NCBI GenBank assembly: GCA_965116145.1
Contig: OZ220482.1
Span: forward strand, 1,916,143-1,980,142
Direction: 5' to 3'
From: Thermoanaerobaculia bacterium
GTDB taxonomy: Bacteria > Acidobacteriota > Thermoanaerobaculia > Multivoradales > Multivoraceae
Length of the DNA stretch: 64,000 nt
Below the pieces are notes generated by a model, which ran no database searches, had not been told where the DNA came from, and saw only the letters and a program-made list of their open reading frames with translations. A program made the translations under genes and the position numbers. Shown here in pieces: positions 28,258 to 36,984 of this stretch. Positions within the stretch are counted from its first letter, which is position 1, and each line of letters opens with the position of its first letter.

Positions 28258-29841
28258 ATGCGGCTGCTGGCGGTCGCCGGGCTGGCCGTGGCCTTCGGTT
28301 CGGGTTGTACGTCGCCCGCGCGGCGCGACAGCAACCGGCTCAACGTCGGCATGCGCTTCGAGTACACGACGCCGAACGAGCTGATCGGGCCGGCGACGCT
28401 CTCATACAACGCGATCAACGGCCAGTTCTTCCTTCCCCTGATGGAAGAACGACCTGACTTCCGCGACGCGCCGCCGACCTGGGCGCCGGGGCTGGCGTCC
28501 GGCTGGGAGTTCTCGGAAGACCGCCGCCAGCTGACCGTGCGGCTGCGTCCCGACGTGCTGTGGAGCGACGGTCGGCCGGTGACCGCCGAGGACGTCCGGT
28601 TCACCTGGCGGGCGCAGACCGACCCGGATGTCGCCTGGAACTACTCGTTCTCCAAGGAGTCGATCACCGATGTCGAGGCGGTCGACGCCGGCACGGTCCG
28701 GTTCCACTTCGACACCGCCCTGGCCAGCGTGCTCGACGACGTCTCGACCGGACGGATCCTGCCCCGGCATGCCTGGGAGACGCGGCCCCTCGCCGAGTGG
28801 CGCAGCGACCCGGGCTGGTTCTTCGAGCACCTGGTCACCAACGGCCCCTTCCTGCTCGAGGACCGAACGCCCGGCCAGGAGCTCGTTCTCGGCCGCAACC
28901 GGAACTACTTCGCAACCGGCTTCCCGCGGCTGGACCGGGTCGTTCTGCGGGCGGCTGCCGACGGCGCGGCACTTGCCAACCGGCTGCTCTCCGGCGAACT
29001 CGATGTGGTCAGCGGACTCGGCGCCACGGAAGCGCAGCGACTGGAGGGCCAGCCCGGCGTCGTCGTCACCGCGTACGCCAACCGCCAGTTCACCTTCGTG
29101 TCGTGGAACACCCGACGGCCCTGGTTCCGGGACGCCGCGACCCGGCGGGCGCTGGCGATGGCGATCGACCGGCAGGCGATCGTGGACACCATCTGGCACG
29201 GCTACGCCGAGGTCGGCAACAGCCCCATCATCTCGAGCGTCTGGGCGCACGACCCGGAGATCGAGCCCTGGCCCCACGACCCGGGGGCCGCTCGCGACGC
29301 GTTGACCGAAGCCGGCTGGGAAGACGGTGACGGCGACGGCATCCTGGAGCGGGACGGCAAGCCGTTCCGGTTCGAACTGGCGACGTTCGCCGGAGCGGCC
29401 GCTCGCTGGAACGCGATGCAGATGATCCAGGCCGATCTTCGCGCAGTCGGCATCGACGCGCGGCCCCGGCGCGTCGAAGCCAACGTCCTGATTCAGCGGA
29501 TGCGCGGCAAGAACTTCGACGCCGCGGCTTCCTCCTTCGCGATCGACACCGGTCTCGACCTCCGCTACGCCTTCCACAGCCGGGAGATTCCCGGCGGCCA
29601 CAACTACGCAGCCTACGCCGACTCCGAGGTCGATCGGCTGCTCGACGCCTTCGCCGCCCGCCTCGACCCGATGACCGGCCTGGGTGATCTCCACCGGCTG
29701 CAGCGCATCCTGCACGAGGACCAACCGATGCTGGTGCTCTGGGAGCCGCTGAGTCTGGCGGCCTTCGACGAGGACGTCGAATCGGTGGCGCCGAACGTGC
29801 TGAGTCCACTCGCGAACCTCAAGGAATGGGCCTGGCGCTGA
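28258..29841 (+). CDS. ABC transporter substrate-binding lipoprotein, family 5 (peptide/nickel/opine type)
   Basis: Lipobox signal MRLLAVAGLAVAFGSGC. SBP_bac_5-like body (WSDGRPVTAEDVRFTW, NRNYF..FPRLDRVV, GWEDGDGDGILERDGKPF). Confidence 0.8.
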   Translation: MRLLAVAGLAVAFGSGCTSPARRDSNRLNVGMRFEYTTPNELIGPATLSYNAINGQFFLPLMEERPDFRDAPPTWAPGLASGWEFSEDRRQLTVRLRPDVLWSDGRPVTAEDVRFTWRAQTDPDVAWNYSFSKESITDVEAVDAGTVRFHFDTALASVLDDVSTGRILPRHAWETRPLAEWRSDPGWFFEHLVTNGPFLLEDRTPGQELVLGRNRNYFATGFPRLDRVVLRAAADGAALANRLLSGELDVVSGLGATEAQRLEGQPGVVVTAYANRQFTFVSWNTRRPWFRDAATRRALAMAIDRQAIVDTIWHGYAEVGNSPIISSVWAHDPEIEPWPHDPGAARDALTEAGWEDGDGDGILERDGKPFRFELATFAGAAARWNAMQMIQADLRAVGIDARPRRVEANVLIQRMRGKNFDAAASSFAIDTGLDLRYAFHSREIPGGHNYAAYADSEVDRLLDAFAARLDPMTGLGDLHRLQRILHEDQPMLVLWEPLSLAAFDEDVESVAPNVLSPLANLKEWAWR

Positions 29842-29857
29842 TTCTGCGACCGCGCCG

Positions 29858-30823
29858 GTGATCCGCTTTCTCCTGCGCCGCCTGCTGGCCGCAGCGGTGC
29901 TCTTCGTGATCGTCCTTACCCTCGCGTTCGCCGTGGTGGCGCTGGCGCCCGGCGATCCGATGGCGCCCGCCGACCCGCGGCTGCCGCCGGAGCAGGCCGA
30001 TCGGTTGCGCGCGCTCCACGGGCTCGATCAGCCGCTTCCCCTGCAGTACCTCCGCTGGCTGGCGGCGGTCGTCCTGCACTGGGACTGGGGACAGTCGTAC
30101 CGGACCGGACAGCCGGTCGCCGAACTCCTGTTCGACGCCCTGCCGCCCACCCTGCTGCTGGCCGGCGCGGCCTCGATCGCCCAGTACCTGCTCGGGATCG
30201 GACTCGGCCTGATGGCGGCGGCCCGTCCGAACTCGTGGCTCGATCTGGGTGTCCGGATCGCGAGCCTGGCTGTCTACGCGATGCCGACCTTCTGGCTCGC
30301 CCTGATGGCGGTGCTGGTGCTCGCCGTCGGCCTGGGCGCGGCGCCGGCCGGCGGCATGACCTCCGCCGCGGCGTTCGAGCTCGGCCCGGCCGCGGCGGTT
30401 CTCGACGTGCTGGCGCACCTCTGGCTGCCGGCGCTGGTGCTAGGTCTGTCGATGGCCGGCGACATCGCCCGCTACACCCGGAATTCGCTGATCGAATTCC
30501 AGGTCAGGGAGGCCGGGCGCGCGGCGCGCGCGCGCGGTCTGTCCGAGGCGCGGATCCTGCTGGTGCACGGCCTTGCCCACGCCGCCCCGCGCCTGCTGCA
30601 GATCGCCTCGGTGTCGACGCCGCTGCTGCTCTCGGGCGCCGTCGTGGCCGAGGTCGTGTTCGCCTGGCCCGGCCTCGGCACCGCAACGCTCGTGGCAATC
30701 CAGGCGCGCGACACTCCCGTGGTCCTCGCGGCCACCGCCTACGGCGCCGCCCTGGTCATCGCCGCGTCGTTGACCGCAGACCTCCTCCTCGCACGCCTGG
30801 ACCCGAGGATCCACGCGCCATGA
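29858..30823 (+). CDS. ABC transporter permease (DppB/OppB-like)
   Basis: Six TM helices, permease EAA-like motif (ARARGLSEARILLVHGLAHAAPRLL). GTG start 16 nt after the SBP stop. Confidence 0.85.
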   Translation: MIRFLLRRLLAAAVLFVIVLTLAFAVVALAPGDPMAPADPRLPPEQADRLRALHGLDQPLPLQYLRWLAAVVLHWDWGQSYRTGQPVAELLFDALPPTLLLAGAASIAQYLLGIGLGLMAAARPNSWLDLGVRIASLAVYAMPTFWLALMAVLVLAVGLGAAPAGGMTSAAAFELGPAAAVLDVLAHLWLPALVLGLSMAGDIARYTRNSLIEFQVREAGRAARARGLSEARILLVHGLAHAAPRLLQIASVSTPLLLSGAVVAEVVFAWPGLGTATLVAIQARDTPVVLAATAYGAALVIAASLTADLLLARLDPRIHAP

Positions 30824-31863
30824 GTCGTCCTCCCCTCCCAGCCGCGGTTCGCATCGGCGCCGGCATCCTGGGCGCTCTCGTGCTGCTCGCGGCCGCCGCA
30901 CCGCTGCTCGCTCCGATCGACCCGGCGGAGCAGCTCGATGCCGCCGAAGCCAGCCGCCGGCCTCCCCTTTCCTCTCTCCTCGTCGTTCGCACACTCGACC
31001 GCGGGCCGTTCCTGGCGGAACGGGTATCGGTCGACGGCGACGATCTGGTGCTCGAGCGGCGCTCGGGTTCCCTGCGCATACCGCTCGGTTCCGCCGCCAA
31101 CGTCCGCGACGACCGCATCACCGAGCGACGGCGGAACTGGCTGGGTACCGACGCCCTGGGCCGGGACATCTTCTCGCGGCTCCTCCATGGCGCCCGGGTA
31201 TCGCTGGCCATCGGCCTGCTTGCCGCCGCGCTGGCGCTGGTTGCCGGCACCCTCGTCGGAGCCTGCGCCGCGATCGGCGGGCGGTTGGTGGATCAGGTGC
31301 TGATGCGCGTGGTGGACGGCCTGCTCTGCTTCCCCCACCTGGCCCTGGTGCTTCTGCTGGCGGCGCTCTACCGGCCCGACACCACGCTCCTCGTCCTGCT
31401 CATCGGCGGTACCGGCTGGATGGGACTCGCGCGCCTGGTCCGCGCCGAGCTGCTGCGGCTGAAGCAGGAGCACTTCGCCCTCGCCGCGGCCGCCGCCGGC
31501 CGCTCGCCGACCGGCGTCCTCGTCCGCCACCTGCTGCCGAACGCCGCCACGCCGCTGCTGGTCGACGCGAGCCTCCGGGTAGGCGCCAGCATCCTGGTCG
31601 AGTCGGCTCTGTCCTTCCTCGGGCTGGGCGTCCAGCCGCCGCACCCGAGCTGGGGCTCGATGATCGCCGACGGCCAGGACCACCTCGCCACGTCGTGGTG
31701 GATCGCCGCCTTCCCCGGTCTGATGGTCGTCGCCGCCGTGCTCGGCTCGAGCCTGCTCGCCGACGGCCTGAACGACCGGCTCGCCGGCGTCCGGATCGGC
31801 GGCAGCGGCGCCGTCCGTCGGCGCTCGCCGTGGGCCGTCCGCACCTGGCTGGGCGAAGGATGA
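30820..31863 (+). CDS. ABC transporter permease (DppC/OppC-like)
   Basis: ATG 30820 overlaps the upstream stop (ATGA). N-terminal TM, extended periplasmic loop, LGTDALGRDIFSRLLHGAR. Track ORF 30235..31863 trimmed. Confidence 0.85.
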   Translation: MSRPPLPAAVRIGAGILGALVLLAAAAPLLAPIDPAEQLDAAEASRRPPLSSLLVVRTLDRGPFLAERVSVDGDDLVLERRSGSLRIPLGSAANVRDDRITERRRNWLGTDALGRDIFSRLLHGARVSLAIGLLAAALALVAGTLVGACAAIGGRLVDQVLMRVVDGLLCFPHLALVLLLAALYRPDTTLLVLLIGGTGWMGLARLVRAELLRLKQEHFALAAAAAGRSPTGVLVRHLLPNAATPLLVDASLRVGASILVESALSFLGLGVQPPHPSWGSMIADGQDHLATSWWIAAFPGLMVVAAVLGSSLLADGLNDRLAGVRIGGSGAVRRRSPWAVRTWLGEG

Positions 31864-32891
31864 CCGGCAGGCCCCCGCTCGCAACTTCGAGCTTCGACTA
31901 CGACCTGCCGCCGGCAGCGATCGCTCAGCACCCCGGCAGACGTGGAGAGAGCCGCCTTCTTGTGCTCGGTCCGGCAAGCGAGGAACGCCGCTTCGCGGAC
32001 CTGCCCGACCTGCTCGATTCCGGCGACCTGCTGATCGTCAACGACACCCGGGTCATTCCGGCCCGGCTGCGGGCGCGGCGGCGCACCGGCGGCCGGGTGG
32101 AGGTTCTTCTCGTCGAGCGGGAGGGCGCCGCTTCTTGGTGGTGCCTGCTCCGCCCGGGCCGGCGCATGACCACCGGTACTCAGCTCGCGATCGACGGCGG
32201 TCCGGCAGCGCAGGTCGAAGAACGCGCGGACGGCCGCTTCCTGCTGGCCTTCGAGCAGCCGGTAGAACCCCTGCTCGACGCGATCGGCGAGACTCCCCTG
32301 CCGCCCTACATCGAGCGGCCGGCCGCGCCGCAGGACCGGGAGCGCTATCAGACGATCTACGCCGCGCAGCCGGGCGCGGTCGCGGCGCCCACCGCCGGCC
32401 TCCACTTCACTCCCGCGATCCTGGAGGCGCTCGAACGGCGCGGGGTCCGGCAGGCGAGTCTGACGCTCCATGTCGGTCCGGGCACCTTCCGACCGGTCAG
32501 GACGGAGAATCCGGCAGCGCACGTCATGGACACCGAGCTGTTTGCTGTTCCGGACGCCACGGCGGCAGCGATCGCCGCCGCGCGGCAGGGCGGCGGCCGC
32601 ATCGTGGCCGTCGGCACGACCGTGGTCCGCGCTCTCGAGACCGCCGCGGCCGACGCCGGACAGGTTGCCGCGGGCGCCGGACGCACCGCGCTCTACATCC
32701 GCCCCGGCTTCGAGTTCCGGGTCGTCGACCGCCTGATCACGAACTTCCACCTGCCCCGATCCACCCTGCTCATGCTGGTCTGCGCGTTCGCCGGACGCCG
32801 CCGCATCCTCGACGCCTACCGTGAGGCGATACGGAGCGGATTCCGCTTCTGTTCCTACGGCGACGCGATGCTGGTCGACAGGATGCGGTGA
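31860..32891 (+). CDS. queA: S-adenosylmethionine:tRNA ribosyltransferase-isomerase
   Basis: FDYDLPPAAIAQHP, LLIVNDTRVIPARL, ETPLPPYIERP, GLHFTPAILEAL, GTTVVRALE. ATG 31860 overlaps the permease stop (ATGA). Confidence 0.9.
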   Translation: MTGRPPLATSSFDYDLPPAAIAQHPGRRGESRLLVLGPASEERRFADLPDLLDSGDLLIVNDTRVIPARLRARRRTGGRVEVLLVEREGAASWWCLLRPGRRMTTGTQLAIDGGPAAQVEERADGRFLLAFEQPVEPLLDAIGETPLPPYIERPAAPQDRERYQTIYAAQPGAVAAPTAGLHFTPAILEALERRGVRQASLTLHVGPGTFRPVRTENPAAHVMDTELFAVPDATAAAIAAARQGGGRIVAVGTTVVRALETAAADAGQVAAGAGRTALYIRPGFEFRVVDRLITNFHLPRSTLLMLVCAFAGRRRILDAYREAIRSGFRFCSYGDAMLVDRMR

Positions 32892-33613
32892 GCCAGCGCC
32901 GCCGCGCCGAACCCGCTGTCGATGTTGACAACGGCGACGCCGGGAGCACAGGCCGTGAGCATGGTCAACAACGGTGCGATCCCCTCGAAGCTCGCGCCAT
33001 AGCCGACGCTCGTCGGCACCGCCACGACCGGACAGGGCACGAGACCGGCGACCACGGTCGGAAGGGCGCCGTCCATGCCCGCCGCGACGACGGCCACATC
33101 GGCACGGCGAACCGAGTCGATCGAATCGAGAAGACGCCCGAGTCCGGCAACACCGACATCGCGAATTCGCTCGACCTCGTGCCCCAGCCACTCGACACAG
33201 ACGGCGGCCTCCTCCGCGGGTCGGGCATCGGCCGTGCCGGCGCTCAGCACCGCCACCCTGCGTCCGGACGGCGGCCCGAACCGCCCCGCGCTCCAGACCC
33301 TCGCACGCGGCTCGAAGCGGCCGTGAGGAAGGGCGGCGTTCAGCAATTCCGCGGCGGCCGCCTCCACCCGGGTGACCAGCACCCGGCCCGATGCTCCCGC
33401 CATCGCCTCGACGATCCGAACCAGCTCTTCGTCGCTCTTGCCCTGACCGAAGACGACCTCGGGAAGACCGGTCCGAAGCTCCCGCTGCAGATCGAGCCTG
33501 GCGGCGCCCAGATCGAGGCAGGGCCGCCGGGCGACCTGTTCGTGCGCCTCCTCGGGCGAGACGTCGCCGGCGGCCACTCGCTGAAGCAGTTCGAGGAGCT
33601 GTTGCGGCTTCAT
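32855..33613 (-). CDS. larB: nickel-pincer cofactor biosynthesis protein LarB (PurE-like carboxylase/hydrolase)
   Basis: MKPQQLLELLQRVAAGDVSPEEA...LDLGAARLDLQRELRTGLPEVVFGQGKS N-terminus. PurE-like core VLSAGTADARPAEEA...VVAAGMDGALPTVVAGLVPCPVVAVPTSVGYG. 252 aa from ATG 33613. Confidence 0.65.
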   Translation of the reverse strand: MKPQQLLELLQRVAAGDVSPEEAHEQVARRPCLDLGAARLDLQRELRTGLPEVVFGQGKSDEELVRIVEAMAGASGRVLVTRVEAAAAELLNAALPHGRFEPRARVWSAGRFGPPSGRRVAVLSAGTADARPAEEAAVCVEWLGHEVERIRDVGVAGLGRLLDSIDSVRRADVAVVAAGMDGALPTVVAGLVPCPVVAVPTSVGYGASFEGIAPLLTMLTACAPGVAVVNIDSGFGAAALAHRILSTSIASP

Positions 33614-33636
33614 CGCAATGGCCGGTGACAGCGCCC

Positions 33637-34422
33637 TCAGGCCGCGTCGGCGCCGCCGGCCCGATAGCCGCGCGGATCGAGCGCCGCCTGCTCGAAGCCG
33701 AGCTCGACCAGGCGCTCTTCGATCCCGCGCCACTGCCGCTCGGCTGCAGGCAGCTCGCCCTCACCCACTTCGACGCGGGCCGAACCGCGGTCGTGGCGCA
33801 CCCTGAGCACACGGAAGCCTCGGCGCCGAAGTTCATCCTCGGCGGCCTCGATCCGGCGAAGCCGGGGGAGGGTGACGAGCTGGCCGTGCGGTATCCGCGA
33901 GGACAGGCAGGCGTTCGCCGGCCGGTCCCAGACCGTGAGGCCCAGTGCCCGCGCCAGGCGGCGGACGGCCGCCTTGGTCACGCCATGCTCCAGCAGCGGG
34001 CTGTAGACGCCTCGCTCGCGCACCGCCCGCAGGCCGGGGCGGTCCGGTCCCGGATCCGAGGCGTTCGTACCGTCGCAGACCGTGCGGAAACCCTCGCGCC
34101 TCGCCATCTCCAGCATGCGGTCCATGCGCAACCCCTGGCACACGTAGCATCGGTGCCTCGGGTTGGCCCGGAACTCCGGCTCGTCGAGCTCGCTATAGGT
34201 CAGAACCTCGTGGCGGATGCCGATCTCGGCCGCCAGCCGGCGCGCATGGTTCAGCTCCGACCCGGCAAGGGTCTCGGCCGCCGCCGTCACCGCGACCGCC
34301 CGGTCACCGAGAGCGCGCTGCGCCAACGCTGCGACCAGCCCCGAATCGACGCCTCCGGAGAAGGCAACCAGCACCGGGCCGCGGCGGCAGAGGTCCGCCT
34401 CCAGCGGTTCGAGCAGCAGCAT
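33637..34422 (-). CDS. larE: ATP-dependent sulfur transferase LarE (PP-loop ATPase)
   Basis: PP-loop VLVAFSGGVDSGLVAALA; CYVCQ; WDRPANACLSSRIPHG; RVRHDRGSARVEV; LDPRGYRAGG. Matches the COG1606/LarE family as recalled. ATG overlaps upstream stop (TGATG). Confidence 0.65.
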   Translation of the reverse strand: MLLLEPLEADLCRRGPVLVAFSGGVDSGLVAALAQRALGDRAVAVTAAAETLAGSELNHARRLAAEIGIRHEVLTYSELDEPEFRANPRHRCYVCQGLRMDRMLEMARREGFRTVCDGTNASDPGPDRPGLRAVRERGVYSPLLEHGVTKAAVRRLARALGLTVWDRPANACLSSRIPHGQLVTLPRLRRIEAAEDELRRRGFRVLRVRHDRGSARVEVGEGELPAAERQWRGIEERLVELGFEQAALDPRGYRAGGADAA

Positions 34423-34898
34423 CAGTCCCGGCCTGCGCCCAGGCCGAGCTTGCGGCGCGGAACGGCGGCGCCCCGCAGCAGAACAGGCACCGCGAACAGG
34501 ACGGCGTAGACGCCAAGGGTCAGGATCGGCACCAGCGGCATCGCCTCGACCTGTTCCCGGCGCGCCATGGACCGAACCAGGTAGAGCCAGCCCGGCGGTC
34601 CGAACAGATAGAGCACGAACAGAAGCCGGGTACGGGCCACCTGCAGAATGACGTCGTCCAGGCGGCGGCGGCCGGCGTGACGAACCGGACCCCTGCGCTG
34701 AACGTAGACGTTGCCGAAGAACCAGCCGGTGAACGCGGCCAGGATGTAGAGAGGATAGAGCGCCAGCTCGAAGGTCAGGTTCCAGCGCAGGACGCCGATC
34801 TGGGCAAGGATGCCGACCGACCACGCCGCCAGGCTGGACGAAAGGACGATCGTCTCCAGCAGTCCGTGGCGAACGTCGCGCTGCAATCGTTTCGGCAT
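34422..34898 (-). CDS. small polytopic membrane protein of unknown function (co-operonic with larE/larB)
   Basis: 158 aa, four predicted TM segments (LETIVLSSSLAAWSVGILAQIGV, LALYPLYILAAFTGWFF, LLFVLYLFGPPGWLYLV, PLVPILTLGVYAVLFAVPVLL). ATG is the second ATG of the MITE-terminal ATGCATG. Confidence 0.45.
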   Translation of the reverse strand: MPKRLQRDVRHGLLETIVLSSSLAAWSVGILAQIGVLRWNLTFELALYPLYILAAFTGWFFGNVYVQRRGPVRHAGRRRLDDVILQVARTRLLFVLYLFGPPGWLYLVRSMARREQVEAMPLVPILTLGVYAVLFAVPVLLRGAAVPRRKLGLGAGRD

Positions 34899-35022
34899 GC
34901 ATCCCGTCCGGCTTCGTTGACCTTCGGTCAGAGCCGGCCCGGTATTCTCACCCACGGCGCCGTGCCGGAGGGGCGCCCGTCCGTTGTCCGCGCGGCACGG
35001 ACGTTCACAACGGACTGCCAGG
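34894..35022 (-). repeat. MITE-like element copy (orientation B) between the membrane-protein gene start and gcvH stop
   Basis: ggcatgcatcccgtccggcttcgttgaccttc...ggaggggcgcccgtccgttgtccgcgcggcacggacgttcacaacggactgccagg. Confidence 0.7.
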
Positions 35023-35046
35023 TCTGCCCGGCGGCTCAGCGCCCGA

Positions 35047-35424
35047 TCAACCCGCCAACTGCGCCTCGTACTCTGCGGCGGACATCAGCGCCTCCAGCGG
35101 CTCATCTGCGCCGAGTCGCAGCTTCACCAGCCAGCCTTCTCCCCAGGGATCCTCGTTCACCCGCTCCGGAGCGTCCTCGAGGCCGTCGTTCACCGCCGCG
35201 ACGGCGCCGGCGACGGGGGTGTAGATCTCCGCCACCGCCTTGACCGACTCGATCGCGCCGATCTCGGATCCGGCGGCAAACTCCTCCCCCGCTGCCGGCA
35301 GTTCGACGAACACGACGTCGCCTAGTTCCTGCTGGGCGAAGTCCGTGATGCCAAGCACGGCCTCACCGTCCTCGACCCTGAGCCACTCGTGCTGCGCCGT
35401 GTACAGACGGTCGTCGGGAATCAT
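35047..35424 (-). CDS. gcvH: glycine cleavage system H protein
   Basis: YTAQHEWLRVEDGEAVLGITDFAQQELGDVVFVELP...ESVKAVAEIYTPVAG (lipoyl-lysine context SVKA), 125 aa. Confidence 0.9.
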   Translation of the reverse strand: MIPDDRLYTAQHEWLRVEDGEAVLGITDFAQQELGDVVFVELPAAGEEFAAGSEIGAIESVKAVAEIYTPVAGAVAAVNDGLEDAPERVNEDPWGEGWLVKLRLGADEPLEALMSAAEYEAQLAG

Positions 35425-35448
35425 CGAAACCTCATGTTGCCTCAGACG

Positions 35449-35614
35449 CTAGCAGCCCGTGGCAGAAGTGCGCGCCGCACCGAGAGCGGTCAGGCGCCCG
35501 TCCGGCAAGGCGCGATGAACGAGCATATTGAGGTATATGTGAGAGAAGAGCAACGCAGCCGGACGGGATGCATGGCCGATCGAATGCAGCGCTACTTCTG
35601 CCACGGGCTGCGAG
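35449..35614 (+). repeat. MITE-like element copy (full length, orientation A) overlapping the 3' end of gcvT
   Basis: ctagcagcccgtggcagaagtgcgcgccgcaccgagagcggtcaggcgcccgtccggcaaggcgcg...gaagagcaacgcagccggacgggatgcatggcc...ctacttctgccacgggctgcgag. Its terminal repeat encodes the last 7 aa and the TAG stop of gcvT. Confidence 0.8.
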
Positions 35615-36722
35615 CCTTCGGACGCCGGTAGAAGGGGAGTCTGACGATACGGCAATCGAGCCGTCTGCCGCGAACCTCGACCGAGGCTGCGCTGCCCGGC
35701 GCCGGCGGCTCGCCGTCCGGGCAGACCACGCGGGCGATGCCGACCGCCCGGCCCAGGGTGGGCGCGAAGGCGCCGCTGGTCACCGGCCCGGCGCATCCGG
35801 GAGCGTCCCGGACGGTCAGACGGTGGCCGTGACGGGCGATGCCGCGGCCTGCGACCTCGAAGCCGACCAGCCGCTGACGGCAGCCGTCCTCTCGCTGACG
35901 GACCAGGGCGTCCCGACCGACGAAGCCGCCCTTCCGCCACTTGACGATCCAGGACAGCCCGGCCTCGATCGGCGTCGTCTCCTCGTCGATGTCCTGGCCG
36001 CACAGCAGCATCCCGGCCTCCAGCCGAAGCGTGTCGCGGGCGCCCAGTCCCGCCGGCTGAAGACCCCGGCCCTGGCCCCGCTCCAGGAACTCGACCCACA
36101 GGTCCTCCGCCTGCTCCGTCGGCGCATAGACCTCGAAGCCGTCCTCGCCGGTGTAGCCGGTCCGCGACACCACACGGCGCGCTGCCGCCTGATGAAGGAA
36201 CGAGTAGTAGCGGAGGCCCACCGCCTCGGCGCCCACCACGTCCGCCACGACCTCCGGCGCCCGCGGCCCCTGCACGGCGATCAGGGCAGTCGCGTCGCTC
36301 TGATCGTCGACCCGGATGTCCTCACCTTCCGCCGCCGCTGCAGCCTGCAGGAGCTTCAGATCACGCTCTCTCGAAGCGGCGTTCACCACCAGAAGGTAGT
36401 ACTCCGGGTCGAAGCAGTAGACGAGCAGGTCGTCGATGAACGTCCCCCGCTCGGTCAGGAGGGCGCTGTACTGCGCGCGAAACGGCTGGAGAGCCGCCAC
36501 ATCGTTCGGCGTCAGCCGCTGGAGCAGCGGCAGGGCCCCCGGACCGCGCACCCGAATCTCGCCCATGTGAGACACGTCGAACATCCCTGCGCGCTCCCGC
36601 ACCGCACGGTGCTCCGCCAGCACGCCCTCGTACTGGATCGGCATCTCGTAGCCGGCAAAGGGCCCCAACCGGGCGCCCGCCTCGACATGGCGCCCATGGA
36701 GCACCGTCCGCTTCAACGTCAT
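35592..36722 (-). CDS. gcvT: glycine cleavage system aminomethyltransferase T
   Basis: MTLKRTVLHGRHVEAGARLGPFAGYEMPIQY, GMFDVSHMGEI, RTGYTGEDGFE. ATG 36722. C-terminus (ARSPWQK*) is specified by the MITE copy. Confidence 0.9.
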   Translation of the reverse strand: MTLKRTVLHGRHVEAGARLGPFAGYEMPIQYEGVLAEHRAVRERAGMFDVSHMGEIRVRGPGALPLLQRLTPNDVAALQPFRAQYSALLTERGTFIDDLLVYCFDPEYYLLVVNAASRERDLKLLQAAAAAEGEDIRVDDQSDATALIAVQGPRAPEVVADVVGAEAVGLRYYSFLHQAAARRVVSRTGYTGEDGFEVYAPTEQAEDLWVEFLERGQGRGLQPAGLGARDTLRLEAGMLLCGQDIDEETTPIEAGLSWIVKWRKGGFVGRDALVRQREDGCRQRLVGFEVAGRGIARHGHRLTVRDAPGCAGPVTSGAFAPTLGRAVGIARVVCPDGEPPAPGSAASVEVRGRRLDCRIVRLPFYRRPKARSPWQK

Positions 36723-36924
36723 CACCACCTCAGGAGCAGGCATCAGCTCGGAAGAAGCCCTGCCAGCGCCGACAGAACTCGTGGCTGCGCCCACCTTCCA
36801 CGACGGATTCTATACGCTACAGCCCCATCTCCGCGACAGCGGAACAGCCGTCACCGTGGGGCACCCAGACCAAACCGGAACAGCGAACGCGGCACCCGCA
36901 GCGCTGACGTAGAGAAAGCCCAAT

Positions 36925-36953
36925 TTGACACGCAAATCTCCCTGTGCTAGAAA
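36925..36953 (+). promoter_or_regulatory. putative sigma-70 promoter (TTGACA-N17-TAGAAA) for the M23 peptidase islet
   Basis: Consensus -35 hexamer TTGACA at 36925..36930 and TAGAAA at 36948..36953, in an AT-richer stretch about 30 bp upstream of TAGGAGAG-N6-ATG(36985). Confidence 0.4.
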
Positions 36954-36984
36954 CCCTAATTCTCACAATAGGAGAGCCCCCACA

